A program made the position numbers and the translations under genes. Positions 1 to 8,944 of a stretch of 64,000 bases of DNA are shown piece after piece (position 1 is the first letter of the stretch; the number at the start of each line of letters is the position of its first letter). This DNA comes from Candidatus Caribbeanibacter nitroreducens (GTDB lineage: Bacteria > Gemmatimonadota > Gemmatimonadetes > Palauibacterales > Palauibacteraceae). A model generated the notes under the pieces. It was not told the origin of the DNA. It searched no databases and saw only the letters and a program-made list of their open reading frames with translations. Where the stretch lies: NCBI GenBank assembly GCA_947581645.1, contig CANPVF010000159.1, forward strand, positions 2,904 through 66,903, read 5' to 3'.

Positions 1-11
1 AATTTGCGGCT

Positions 12-593
12 TCAGTTCACCGCCGCGCCGGCGTGATCCGGTGTCCCGGCGCCGTTCGTCCGGGCGTCGCCGTTGCCGGCCTCCACATTGGCCGCCCCGT
101 CCCCGTTGGCGGCCACGGGCCCGAGGAGCTCGATCCATCGCTCGCGGGAGCCGTCCAGCTCCACGTGGACCGGCACCCGGTCGTCACCGAGGCGGCGCCG
201 GAAGCGCTGGACCAGGCCGGGGAGCCGGCCGGCCGGGATCTCCCCGTGCTCGGTGATGCGCTGCTCCGGAACGTCCCCGGAGGAGGCGTCGCCGTCGCCG
301 TTCCGGCGGTTGGCCATCTCCCGGTCCCGCTCCCGGGTGTATCCGTCCGGTCCCGGAAGCTCCCTCCGCTCCTCCTGCGACGGGGGGACACGGGCGCTGT
401 ACAGTCGCCGCGTGCCGTTGTCACCGAAGCGCGTGAAGAGGACGAACTCCCGGGAACCCTCCGGCTCCTCCAGCGGGGGGAAGACCCACAGCTCCCCGAT
501 CTCGGTGGGCGGAATCACGCCCTCCAGCTCCAGGAGCCGTCGGCCGACTTCTTCGGTCAGCCGCTCGTGCCCGTGCTCCGCGGTACCGTCCAT
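12..593 (-). CDS. hypothetical protein
   Basis: Minus-strand ORF 12..728. The composition looks protein-like from the internal Met at aa 46 (MDGTAEHGHERL...). The upstream 45 codons are Arg/Thr/Pro-rich and probably non-coding. No recognisable motif. Confidence 0.4.
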   Translation of the reverse strand: MDGTAEHGHERLTEEVGRRLLELEGVIPPTEIGELWVFPPLEEPEGSREFVLFTRFGDNGTRRLYSARVPPSQEERRELPGPDGYTRERDREMANRRNGDGDASSGDVPEQRITEHGEIPAGRLPGLVQRFRRRLGDDRVPVHVELDGSRERWIELLGPVAANGDGAANVEAGNGDARTNGAGTPDHAGAAVN

Positions 594-781
594 GTGGTGC
601 ACCTCGCCTGTGTTGACGTGTGTCGCTCTCGTCGTGGGAACACCACTCCGCCGGACGGGCGGCGTACGAGCCGTGCGGAGCATGGGTGGGGACGCCCAAA
701 GATACGCCGAAGCGCCCGGCGGATTCAAGATCTACCGCGGTAGACACATGTGGCACCGGAGGGAGCGGAGACCCCGCTCCC

Positions 782-1783
782 TCACAGCGTGTCCGAGCCC
801 ACCACCGCCCGCACCTCGGCGAGCACGGCGTCCAGGGCCTCGTTCATGGGCAGATTCACCAGCGCCCCCGCCGCCTTGTCGTGGCCCCCGCCCTGGAACG
901 CCTTGGCCAGCTTCGAGACGTCCGTCTCGCCGTTCGAGCGGAAGGAGACCTTGGTGCGCCCGTCGGGGAGCTCCCGGAAGAGCATGGCCACCTCGACGCC
1001 CTCCAGGCGGCGGGCGTACTCCACCAGCCCCTCCCGGTCCTCGGTGTCGGCACCCGTCTCCTGCATGTCTTCCTGGGTGATGACGATCCACGCCACGGGA
1101 AGATCGGGATCGCGCTGCAGGGTGCCCAGCGCCCGCTGCAGGAGCTCGACCCTGGACATCGTCATCCGTCCGAAGAGCCGGCGGTACATCTCCGTGGGGT
1201 CCACGCCGCACTCCAGGAGCCGGGCGGCGATCTCGTGGGTGCGCGGCGTGGTGTTCGAGAAGCGGAAGGACCCGGTGTCGCTGACCAGCGCCACGTAGAG
1301 CGGACGCGCCTCGGCCAGCTCCAGCTCGCCCCCTTCCAGGGTGATCAGGTCGTAGATCAGCTCGCCCGTGGCGCACGCCGTGGGATCCCGCACCGCCACG
1401 TCGCCGATGGCCTCCGGGTCCGGCGGATGATGGTCGATCACCACCATACGCTTGCGGCGCAGGTCGTCCCACAGGTCTCCGAGACGGGTGCGCTCGGAGG
1501 TGTCCAGGACCACCGACAGGTCGGCGTTCTCGATGGCCCTGCGGCCCTCGGTCCACGGGTCCGGGACGGGAACGCCCTCGGGGAGGAGGAAGCTGAAGTT
1601 GTCCGGGATGCGGCTGGCGTTGACGATCCGGGCGCCGACGCCGTGCCGCCGGAGCCAGTGGGCCAGGGCGGCCTCGCTGCCGGCCCCGTCCCCGTCCGGA
1701 TTCAGATGTGTGGAGAGTACGACCTCGGAGGAAGAGAGGAGGAGTTCCCGGATCTCGGCGAGCCGGGCGCGCGGGTCAGTCAC
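782..1783 (-). CDS. nrnA: DHH/DHHA1 family phosphoesterase (NrnA-like oligoribonuclease/pAp phosphatase)
   Basis: DHH motif HLNPDGDGAGSE and DHHA1 GGGH motif (AFQGGGHDKAAG); ~335 aa. Start taken at the GTG (VTDPRARLAEIREL) that overlaps the stop of the downstream microprotein. Confidence 0.75.
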   Translation of the reverse strand: MTDPRARLAEIRELLLSSSEVVLSTHLNPDGDGAGSEAALAHWLRRHGVGARIVNASRIPDNFSFLLPEGVPVPDPWTEGRRAIENADLSVVLDTSERTRLGDLWDDLRRKRMVVIDHHPPDPEAIGDVAVRDPTACATGELIYDLITLEGGELELAEARPLYVALVSDTGSFRFSNTTPRTHEIAARLLECGVDPTEMYRRLFGRMTMSRVELLQRALGTLQRDPDLPVAWIVITQEDMQETGADTEDREGLVEYARRLEGVEVAMLFRELPDGRTKVSFRSNGETDVSKLAKAFQGGGHDKAAGALVNLPMNEALDAVLAEVRAVVGSDTL

Positions 1784-1934
1784 CAGACCTCGGCTCCTCC
1801 CCGTCCGCCGTATCGTAGGCCACATCACCGCCCCGGAGGATCCTCCAGAAGCAGTACACCATGAGGACGGTGACGGAGACCATGCTCACCAGCATGAAGG
1901 TCATGGCGAAGGGGGTCAGCGAAGGCTCGTCCAT
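1776..1934 (-). CDS. MetS-like small single-TM subunit of an NSS transporter (52 aa)
   Basis: ORF not in the supplied track (<60 aa). Reverse-strand ATG 11 codons downstream of the NSS transporter stop encodes MDEPSLTPFAMTFMLVSMVSVTVLMVYCFWRILRGG..., one hydrophobic helix followed by an acidic tail. The position immediately 3' of an NSS transporter matches MetP/MetS-type two-component importers. Its stop overlaps the nrnA GTG start. Confidence 0.45.
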   Translation of the reverse strand: MDEPSLTPFAMTFMLVSMVSVTVLMVYCFWRILRGGDVAYDTADGEEPRSGD

Positions 1935-2063
1935 GGTCTCCTCCCGTCGTGTCCCGTCAGTCTCGTTGCGTGTCCAGCTCCGTCGGCCGCGTGCGTTCCG
2001 CGCGGTCCGTCCGTCACGTCCGGGGTCATATCGCCCGGGGTCACATCGCTCCGCGCCCCGGAG

Positions 2064-3638
2064 CTACTGCCGGCGATCCCAGGCCTTCTTGATCAGGTAG
2101 CACGCTCCGGCCGCGATGCCCAGGATGGTGATTCGGCTCGCCCAGCGGTAGGGCAGATTCTCCGGATCCGCCACGTCCTGCATGAGAAGCACGTCGATGG
2201 CCTGTGTGCCGCCCCACCAGAGCAGGATGACCGCAAGGAAGGCCGGCGTCACGTACTTCATCACCGGCTTGTAGATCTCCGGCACCTGCAGGTCGGCCCC
2301 CTTGTGCATCCAGTCCCAGCCCCGGTCCAGGCCGAAGATGTAGACGAACAGGAAGACCTCGATCGTGGCCAGGGCCACCAGGCCGAAGGTGCCGGCCCAG
2401 TAGTCCCACTCGTTCATGAAGCCGAACTGGTAGAACACCACGTGGGCCAGGCCCAGGGTGAAGGCCACCGCCATGATCGAGTAGGAGGCCTTCTTTCGCT
2501 CCCAGTCGAACTCCTCCTGCAGGAACGCCATGGAGGGCGTGGCCAGGGCCACGCAGGACGTCACGCCGCCCACGAAGAGCAGGAAGAACCAGAAGAAGCC
2601 GAAGATCTGCCCCCAGATCTCCGGTCCCGGCAGGCCCTGGAAGACCACCGCCATGGCCACGATGCCCAGGTCGTAGGTGCCGCCCTCGGCGATGCCCACC
2701 GCGCCCTGCACGCCGAAGAAGACCACCGCCGCCGTGATGGCGATGGTGCCGCCCAGGACGATCTCGGCGAACTCGTTGGTGGCCGCCGTCGAGAGGCCCG
2801 TGAGGGTGATGTCGTCCTTGGCGTCCAGGTAGGACGCATAGGCGTGCACGTGTCCCGCGCCCAGGGAGAGCGTGAAGAACACCTGCCCCGCTGCCGCCAG
2901 CCACACCGATGGTTGGGACAGACTCGACCAGTTCGGGTCCCAGATGAAGTTGAGCCCCTGGGACGGCGTGGCCGCGGCCTCCGGCAGGGTCAGCACCCGG
3001 ACCATGAGCACGATGGCGAAGAGGAACAGCATCGGCACGCCGATGAGGGCCAGCTTCTCGATACCCCCGCTGATTCCCCGGGACAGCACCCAGCCCAGGA
3101 AGAGCAGCGTGACCAGGAAGAACAGGAGCGCCAGCGCCGGGACGCCTCCCAGGGCCGGCGAGGCCTCGAAGATGTTCTGGAAGTTGTAGAGGAAGTCCCG
3201 CATCTGACCGATGTCGGCGAACCCGAAGTAGTCGCCGGTGATGCTGAAGACGCTGAACCCCAGCATCCAGGACACCACGTAGGTGTAGTAGATGAAGATG
3301 ATCAGGGGGATGATCAGCCCCAGGACGCCCAGGTACTTCGCCCACGGCTTCTCCCGGTCCACCAGCGCGTCGAACATGCCGGGCAGGCTGCCGTGGCCCT
3401 TCGTGCCCCCGAAGCGCCCGATCGTCCACTCCATCCACATGAGGGGGATCCCCAGGAGGAGGAAGGAGACGAAGTACGGGATCATGAAGGTCCCGCCGCC
3501 GTTCTGGGCGGCCTGGACCGGGAAGCGGAGGAAGTTGCCCAGGCCGACCGCGTTCCCGGCCATGGCCAGGATCAGACCGATGCGTGTCGCCCAGTGCTCC
3601 TGGGAGTGGGTATCGGAGCTCAAGCGTCTCCTCCTCAC
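2064..3638 (-). CDS. sodium-dependent transporter, NSS (SNF) family
   Basis: N-terminus HWATRIGLILAMAGNAVGLGNFLRFP is the NSS signature. ~12 predicted TM helices, 524 aa. Confidence 0.9.
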   Translation of the reverse strand: MRRRRLSSDTHSQEHWATRIGLILAMAGNAVGLGNFLRFPVQAAQNGGGTFMIPYFVSFLLLGIPLMWMEWTIGRFGGTKGHGSLPGMFDALVDREKPWAKYLGVLGLIIPLIIFIYYTYVVSWMLGFSVFSITGDYFGFADIGQMRDFLYNFQNIFEASPALGGVPALALLFFLVTLLFLGWVLSRGISGGIEKLALIGVPMLFLFAIVLMVRVLTLPEAAATPSQGLNFIWDPNWSSLSQPSVWLAAAGQVFFTLSLGAGHVHAYASYLDAKDDITLTGLSTAATNEFAEIVLGGTIAITAAVVFFGVQGAVGIAEGGTYDLGIVAMAVVFQGLPGPEIWGQIFGFFWFFLLFVGGVTSCVALATPSMAFLQEEFDWERKKASYSIMAVAFTLGLAHVVFYQFGFMNEWDYWAGTFGLVALATIEVFLFVYIFGLDRGWDWMHKGADLQVPEIYKPVMKYVTPAFLAVILLWWGGTQAIDVLLMQDVADPENLPYRWASRITILGIAAGACYLIKKAWDRRQ

Positions 3639-3880
3639 TGTGTTCGGGACCCCGCGACCCGATGGCCGGGGAGGGAGTACGTGCGTCCAGACCCTGTATC
3701 CTCCGGGAGGACGGCGCGCGACGTGCCGTGCGCGGCCGACCCCTCACCAGCGAACGGGGCAGGGTACGTCCGGGTTCCGGGGCCGTCAAGGACGCTTGCA
3801 CGGGCCGGACGCCTCGGCGAATCCGGCCGGATCGGGGGAACGCCGTACCGCCGGAGGGCGCCCCCGGGAACGGCGTCGCG

Positions 3881-4543
3881 TCAGCCCCGGATCGTGCCGA
3901 AGAGGCGGGCCAGGGTCGACCCCAGGTGGACGAGCCAGCTCGACTCGCGCCCCCTGATCTCCCCCTCTCGGGCCGACTCGAGGAACTCCGTCGGCCCATC
4001 GAAGGGGCGGAGACGCAGGCGCCCCCGCCCCACGGCCCGGAGGAGATGGGCGTCGCTCCCGGCCCCCAGGGGCAGGTCCCTGTCGGCGGCCCACCGCTCG
4101 GCGCGCCGGTGCGCCTCGTCGTCGTGGGTGCGGGCGTTGAAGCCCTCCACCAGGTCGACGCAGTCCACGCGGCTCTCCAGGAAGGACTCGGTGGTGCCCC
4201 GACGGGGATCGAAGGGGTGGGGCAGGTAGGTGACGCCCCCCTGCTCCCGGATGGCGTCCGCCGTCTCGCGGAAGGAGCGCCCCGGCGGGATGTGCTCCTC
4301 CAGGAAGAGGCCGATGAGCTCCGGGCCGTCCGAGGTGCGGACCTCCTCGCCGACGATCACCAGCTCGGGATCGATGTCGCGGGCGGCGAAGGCGCCCTCG
4401 ATCCGGTCGTGGTCGGTGACCGCCAGCCGGTCGAGGCCCACCTCCCGGGCCCGGCCGACCAGCGCGCCCGGAGCCGTCAGGCAGTCCGGCGAGCGATCGG
4501 TGTGCGTGTGGAGATCCACGTCCCACCGGCCGTCGCCCGTCAC
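3881..4543 (-). CDS. PHP domain phosphoesterase
   Basis: VDLHTHTDRSPDC (PHP HxH motif) and later HP...D/H motifs. Start set at the GTG (VTGDGRWDVDLHTHT) giving a 4-bp overlap with the coaE stop. The longer ORF (to 4672) would overlap coaE by 132 bp. Confidence 0.7.
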   Translation of the reverse strand: MTGDGRWDVDLHTHTDRSPDCLTAPGALVGRAREVGLDRLAVTDHDRIEGAFAARDIDPELVIVGEEVRTSDGPELIGLFLEEHIPPGRSFRETADAIREQGGVTYLPHPFDPRRGTTESFLESRVDCVDLVEGFNARTHDDEAHRRAERWAADRDLPLGAGSDAHLLRAVGRGRLRLRPFDGPTEFLESAREGEIRGRESSWLVHLGSTLARLFGTIRG

Positions 4544-5154
4544 GAGCCGCCGCTCCCCGCCGCCTCCGGAATCCGGCCCCACGCCCTGCGCGCCTTCTCC
4601 TCCAGCTCCTCCAGGCTGCCGTCGTTCTCGATGGCCAGGTCGGCTGCCGCGAGCTTGCGGTCGCCGGACCACTGCGCGCTCTCCATGGACGCGAAATGCG
4701 CCTCCGGGAGGTCACGCTCCTCCTGCACGCGCTCCAGGCGTCGGGCCCTGGGGGCGTCCACGGTGACCGTGACGTCGAAGCGATCCGCCAGGTCGTTCTC
4801 GAACAGGAGCGGCACCTCCACGACGGCCACCTCGACCCCCTCCTCCTCGGCCTCCCGGAGCTCCTGCTCCATGAGGCGGCGGATCTCGGGGTGGAGGAGC
4901 TTCTCGAGCTCCCGCCGCGCCGCCGGATCCCGGCTCACGATCTCACGCAGGGCGTCGCGGTCCAGGCCTCCGTCCTCGTCGGCGACGGCGGGGCCCCAGC
5001 GGTCCCGGATCTCCCGGAGCGCCGGCTGCCCCGGGGCCACCGCCTCCCGCGCCAGCCGGTCGGTGTCGATGCGCCGTGCCCCCCACTCCTCGAACAGCGC
5101 CGCCACGGTACTCTTGCCGGCCCCGAGAGTGCCGGTGAGGCCCACACGGATCAC
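4540..5154 (-). CDS. coaE: dephospho-CoA kinase
   Basis: VIRVGLTGTLGAGKST Walker A motif of CoaE; ~204 aa. Start set at the GTG of VIRVGL. The upstream extension of the ORF is Gly/Arg-rich junk. Confidence 0.85.
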   Translation of the reverse strand: MIRVGLTGTLGAGKSTVAALFEEWGARRIDTDRLAREAVAPGQPALREIRDRWGPAVADEDGGLDRDALREIVSRDPAARRELEKLLHPEIRRLMEQELREAEEEGVEVAVVEVPLLFENDLADRFDVTVTVDAPRARRLERVQEERDLPEAHFASMESAQWSGDRKLAAADLAIENDGSLEELEEKARRAWGRIPEAAGSGGS

Positions 5155-6278
5155 CCTTCCTCCCCCCCTCCCGGGATCACGGGCTCCAGGGCGCCCGGAT
5201 CCACGCCCAGCGCGTCCAGGAAGTCCCGGAACAGGGAGCGCTGCACCCGGTCGACCTCGTCGTCGGTCAGGCTTCCCACGGGCACCTGGGCCCCGGCCAG
5301 GGCCCCGTGTCCACCGGCGGAGCCCCGGTCCCCGATGACCGCGCGGATCACGTCGCCGGCGTGCGTCGTGGGCTCGTAGCTGCGGGCCGAGAGCAGCAGG
5401 TCGTCGTGGTATCGCCCGGCGGCCAGCGTCCACTCCACGCCCTCCACGCGCATGAAGAGGTCGGCCAGCTCCGCCACCATGTCCGGATAGTCCATCTGAC
5501 CCGCGGGCACGCAGACCACGCCGTCGGCCCGGCGGGCCTCCTCGAGGGCGTCGTGGATCGAGCTGTAGTAGCTGGCGGGCACCCGCGCGTGGCGGATGCG
5601 GGCGATGGCCGCGGGATCGGAGCGGGTGTACAGGTACATGCTGGCGTCCACGTCCGCCGGGACCGCCTCGCGACCCAGGTCCTGCGTCTCGCTCTGGATC
5701 CCGTAGAAGAGAGCGGTGGCCAGCCGGCGCCCGGGCTGGATCCCGGCCGCCCGCAGGTATTCGACGAGGATCGAGCAGCTGGCGCCGTACTCGGGCCGCA
5801 CGTCGGCATAGCTGCAGGCGGTGGTCTCGGGGCGCACCGGGTGGTGGTCCAGCACGATGCTCACGATGCGCCCCTCCGGCAGGGAGTTGTTGCCGGTGCG
5901 GGGCTGGGTGTCGACCAGGGCGATGGGCAGCGTCGTGGGCAGCTCCTCCGGACGGACCCGGTCGAAGCGGACCCCGAGCTCGTCGATGAGCGCCCGGTTC
6001 TCGGCCCGGCCCACGATGCCGCCGAAGGCCAGGGTGGTCTCGACTCCCGCCTCCTCCTCCAGGAGCCGCGCCAGGGCCGCGGACGAGGCGATGGCGTCGG
6101 GATCCGGGTTGTCGTGCGTGAGGACCAGCACGCGGTCGGCGTCCTCCACGGCGCCCACCATCTGCGCCAGGCGCACGGTGTCCTCCACCGTCTCCCGGTC
6201 GGGAGAGTCGGCAGCCGCGTCCCCGGCGGGCCGGCCGGGAGCCTCGCCGGTCTGGTCCGGGTCCTCCTGCTCGCTCAT
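5151..6278 (-). CDS. DHH/DHHA1 family phosphoesterase (second NrnA-like paralog)
   Basis: DHH motif VLVLTHDNPDPDAIAS and DHHA1 GGH (GSAGGHGALAG). Start at MSEQEDPDQ. 4-bp overlap with the coaE start. Confidence 0.75.
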   Translation of the reverse strand: MSEQEDPDQTGEAPGRPAGDAAADSPDRETVEDTVRLAQMVGAVEDADRVLVLTHDNPDPDAIASSAALARLLEEEAGVETTLAFGGIVGRAENRALIDELGVRFDRVRPEELPTTLPIALVDTQPRTGNNSLPEGRIVSIVLDHHPVRPETTACSYADVRPEYGASCSILVEYLRAAGIQPGRRLATALFYGIQSETQDLGREAVPADVDASMYLYTRSDPAAIARIRHARVPASYYSSIHDALEEARRADGVVCVPAGQMDYPDMVAELADLFMRVEGVEWTLAAGRYHDDLLLSARSYEPTTHAGDVIRAVIGDRGSAGGHGALAGAQVPVGSLTDDEVDRVQRSLFRDFLDALGVDPGALEPVIPGGGEEG

Positions 6279-6291
6279 CTCGCGTGCGGGG

Positions 6292-6486
6292 TCAGTCCGA
6301 GCAGTCGCCGTGCGGATACGGGTGCCCGCAGTTGGGACAGTGCCCACCCTTGCACCCCATGAGCCGCACCGGCAGCGGGACGCCGCAGCGGAGGCACGGC
6401 TCCGTCTCCTCCCCGCCCCCGCTCCCGGCGTCGGACAGGAGCTCCCGGGCCGCCGCCCTGCCGCCGGCCTTCCCCTCTGCCGTGCT
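6292..6486 (-). CDS. zinc-ribbon domain microprotein (65 aa)
   Basis: CLRCG...(15)...CKGGHCPNCGHPYPHGDC gives two CxxC pairs plus additional His/Cys. The ATG shares one base with the MBL hydrolase stop (TGATG). Confidence 0.45.
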   Translation of the reverse strand, partial: STAEGKAGGRAAARELLSDAGSGGGEETEPCLRCGVPLPVRLMGCKGGHCPNCGHPYPHGDCSD

Positions 6487-7157
6487 CATCCCGCGTTCCC
6501 GAACGCGCCGGTGAGGAACGGATTCGAGCTCGCCTCCTTCTCCACGCTGGTCTTCGGGCCGTGGCCGGGGTACAGCGTCGTGTCGGAGGGCAGGGTGAGG
6601 ATCTGCTCCTGGATGGAGCGGATCAGGGTCTCGCCGTCCCCGCCGGGCAGGTCCGTGCGGCCGATCGAGCCCGAGAAGACGCAGTCCCCGACGAAGGCCG
6701 CGCCGTCGGTGCACAGTGTCACGCCGCCGGGGGAGTGTCCCGGCGTGTGTCGCACCTGGAGCTCGATCCCCGCCAGCTCCAGCTGCTGGCCGTCCTCGAG
6801 GGGGTGATCGGGCTCCGGCATCGGCGGGATCCGGAGGCCGAAGCTGGCCCCCTGGTCCGGGGCTCGCCCGTACAGGTCCCGGTCGTCGGGATGGAGGTAG
6901 ACGGGCGCTCCGGTCCGCTCGTGCAGCGCCGGCAACCCGGCGACGTGGTCCACGTGGGCGTGGGTCAGCAGGATGGCCGCCAGGTCGACGCCCCACTCCT
7001 CCAGGGTGCTCCGGATCCGCGGGTCGTCGTGTCCCGGGTCCACCACCAGGGCACGGCCGCTCTCCGGGCCCGGGTCCCCCTGGAGCCGGAGCAGATAGCA
7101 GTTCGACTCCATCGGGCCCACCGCGAGCCCACGGATCTCGAGTGTCTCGGCGCCCAT
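6486..7157 (-). CDS. MBL-fold metallo-hydrolase (hydroxyacylglutathione hydrolase-like)
   Basis: THAHVDHVAG (HxHxDH) motif, 223 aa, GloB-like size. Confidence 0.85.
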   Translation of the reverse strand: MGAETLEIRGLAVGPMESNCYLLRLQGDPGPESGRALVVDPGHDDPRIRSTLEEWGVDLAAILLTHAHVDHVAGLPALHERTGAPVYLHPDDRDLYGRAPDQGASFGLRIPPMPEPDHPLEDGQQLELAGIELQVRHTPGHSPGGVTLCTDGAAFVGDCVFSGSIGRTDLPGGDGETLIRSIQEQILTLPSDTTLYPGHGPKTSVEKEASSNPFLTGAFGNAG

Positions 7158-7231
7158 TGGTCCCCACCTCTACTGGACCGCTCGTCGTGCTCTGGCCCGG
7201 CCGTCCTCGGATCGATTCCGGCCGCCTACAG

Positions 7232-7260
7232 AAAAAGGGCCCGCTCGGACGCGGACCCTG
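7232..7260 (-). terminator. rho-independent terminator after erpA
   Basis: On the minus strand, GGGTCCGCGTCCGAGCGGGCCC (8-bp GC stem) followed by TTTTTCTG, ~50 nt downstream of the erpA stop. A U-tract is rare in this genome. Confidence 0.45.
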
Positions 7261-7307
7261 TCCTCCAGCGGTGTCGCGACGCCCCCGCGGCTCCCGGAGG
7301 CGGCGAC

Positions 7308-7685
7308 TCAGACCTTGAACGAGGAGCCGCAGCCGCAGCTCCCCGTGGCGTTCGGGTTCTCGAAGGTGAACCCGGACGCCTGGAAGCTGCTCTTCCAGCC
7401 GATGACCGTGCCCTCCAGGTACTGGGCGCTGAACGGGTCCACGAAGAGCGTGATCCCCCGCCGCTTCACGACCAGGTCGTCCTCCTCGGAGGACTCCTCG
7501 ATGTTGAGGCCGTACTCGAAGCCGGAGCATCCACCCGGCACCACGCTCACGCGAAGGCCCGCCACCTCGTCGGTGAGGTCCTCCTCGGTGAGGAACTCCC
7601 GCACCTTCTCGGCGGCCTGCTCGGTGAGCTGGATGTCGCACCCGGGGCTGTCGGTCTCTCGTTCCGCTACCTGGGCGTCACTCAT
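7308..7685 (-). CDS. erpA: iron-sulfur cluster insertion protein (A-type carrier, HesB/IscA/ErpA family)
   Basis: C-terminal GSCGCGSSF plus an upstream conserved Cys (PGGCSGFEY), the three-Cys A-type carrier signature. Start at MSDAQVAE. Confidence 0.85.
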   Translation of the reverse strand: MSDAQVAERETDSPGCDIQLTEQAAEKVREFLTEEDLTDEVAGLRVSVVPGGCSGFEYGLNIEESSEEDDLVVKRRGITLFVDPFSAQYLEGTVIGWKSSFQASGFTFENPNATGSCGCGSSFKV

Positions 7686-7767
7686 GGCGGATCCCGTCCG
7701 TGCTGAATGTGTGTTCATGCCGATCGTAGAGCCCGCTCGCCCGCGCCTCAACCGGAGGCGCGAGTCG

Positions 7768-8877
7768 TCAGGAGGCCGTCGCCGGCGTCCTGCCCGTCTC
7801 CTCGGGGCTCATCTCGCCGCTCCGAACCTCCACCTGGGCCTCGAACTCGGGGCTGTCCTCGGCGGGCGGCCAGTGCGGCTCCTCGCCCTCGGCCTCCGCC
7901 TCGCGGAGCTCCTGCAGGTACTCCTCGGCGGCGAAGACCGCCGTCGTGGCGTCGCCCACGGCGGTGGTGATCTGCCGCACCAGCTGTGACCGGACGTCCC
8001 CGGCCACGAAGAGACCCGGCGTCGAGCTCCGCATGTGACTGTCGGTGATGATGTACCCGGCGTCGTCGTGCTCGGCGTGCTCGCCGACGATGCCGGTGTT
8101 GGGGACGAAGCCGATGAAGATGAACACGCCGGTCACCGGGAGCTCCCGCGTCTCGTCCAGCTCGATGACGTCGCCGGTCTCCGGATCGGTCTTCACCTTC
8201 CGGAGCCGGAGGCCGCTGACGCCGGTCTCCGGATCGCCCTCGATCTCCTCGACGACGTGGTTCCAGACGATCTCCGCCTCGTCCTCCTCCACCTTGTCCA
8301 TCAGCCGGTCCTCCAGGACCGCCTGCGCGGTGAAGTGGTCGCGGCGGTGCACCACGGTGACCTTGCTGGCGTAGCGGGTGAGGAACGTGGCTTCCTCCAC
8401 GGCCGAGTCGCCGCCCCCGACGACGGCGATGTGCTCGCCCTTGAAGAAGGCGCCGTCGCAGATGGCGCAGTAGCTGACGCCCTTGCCCCGGTACTCGTCC
8501 TCGCCGGGAACGCCCAGCGTCCGGTAGCTGCCGCCGGCGGTCATGATCACCACCGGCGAGCGGTAGGTCTCGCCGTCGGCGGTGTGGACCAGGAAGCGAC
8601 GATCCTCGTCGCGCTCGATGCTCGTGACCTCACCCCGCGCGACGCCGACGCCGAACTTCTCGGCGTGATCGGTCATCGCCCGGGCCAGCTCCATCCCGCC
8701 CACGTCCTCCAGGCCGGGATAGTCGTCCACCGTGTCGGTGAGGAGCAGCTGGCCGCCCGGCATGTCCTTGTCGAGCACGAGGGTGTCGAGCTCGGACCGG
8801 CCCGCGTACAGGGCGGCGCACAGGCCCGCCGGGCCCGCGCCGACGATGATCATCTCGTGCTCCGACTCGATCTCCAT
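7768..8877 (-). CDS. trxB: thioredoxin-disulfide reductase with a ~50-aa acidic C-terminal extension
   Basis: FAD motif IVGAGPAG, redox CAICDG (CxxC), NADPH motif VVGGGDSAVE. 369 aa versus ~315 typical. Confidence 0.9.
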   Translation of the reverse strand: MEIESEHEMIIVGAGPAGLCAALYAGRSELDTLVLDKDMPGGQLLLTDTVDDYPGLEDVGGMELARAMTDHAEKFGVGVARGEVTSIERDEDRRFLVHTADGETYRSPVVIMTAGGSYRTLGVPGEDEYRGKGVSYCAICDGAFFKGEHIAVVGGGDSAVEEATFLTRYASKVTVVHRRDHFTAQAVLEDRLMDKVEEDEAEIVWNHVVEEIEGDPETGVSGLRLRKVKTDPETGDVIELDETRELPVTGVFIFIGFVPNTGIVGEHAEHDDAGYIITDSHMRSSTPGLFVAGDVRSQLVRQITTAVGDATTAVFAAEEYLQELREAEAEGEEPHWPPAEDSPEFEAQVEVRSGEMSPEETGRTPATAS

Positions 8878-8944
8878 CTCCTGTCACGTCTCCCTGGATT
8901 CGTCCTCGAAGTCGGCTCCGCCGGCGTACCCCGACCTAAGCCTA

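Noticed and set aside
620-4229. Long plus-strand ORFs (620..1864, 1452..4229) and similar large ORFs elsewhere (16565..19516, 22634..25711, 35227..38136, 38584..40680, 59605..60690)
   Set aside because: These are typical antisense open frames of a ~70% GC genome. The products are Arg/Gly/Pro-rich with no motifs, and each lies opposite a gene with clear family signatures.
7743-7761. Hairpin GCGCCTCaaccgGAGGCGC just downstream of trxB
   Set aside because: It may be a terminator or attenuator, but there is no U-tract. I did not list it as a feature.
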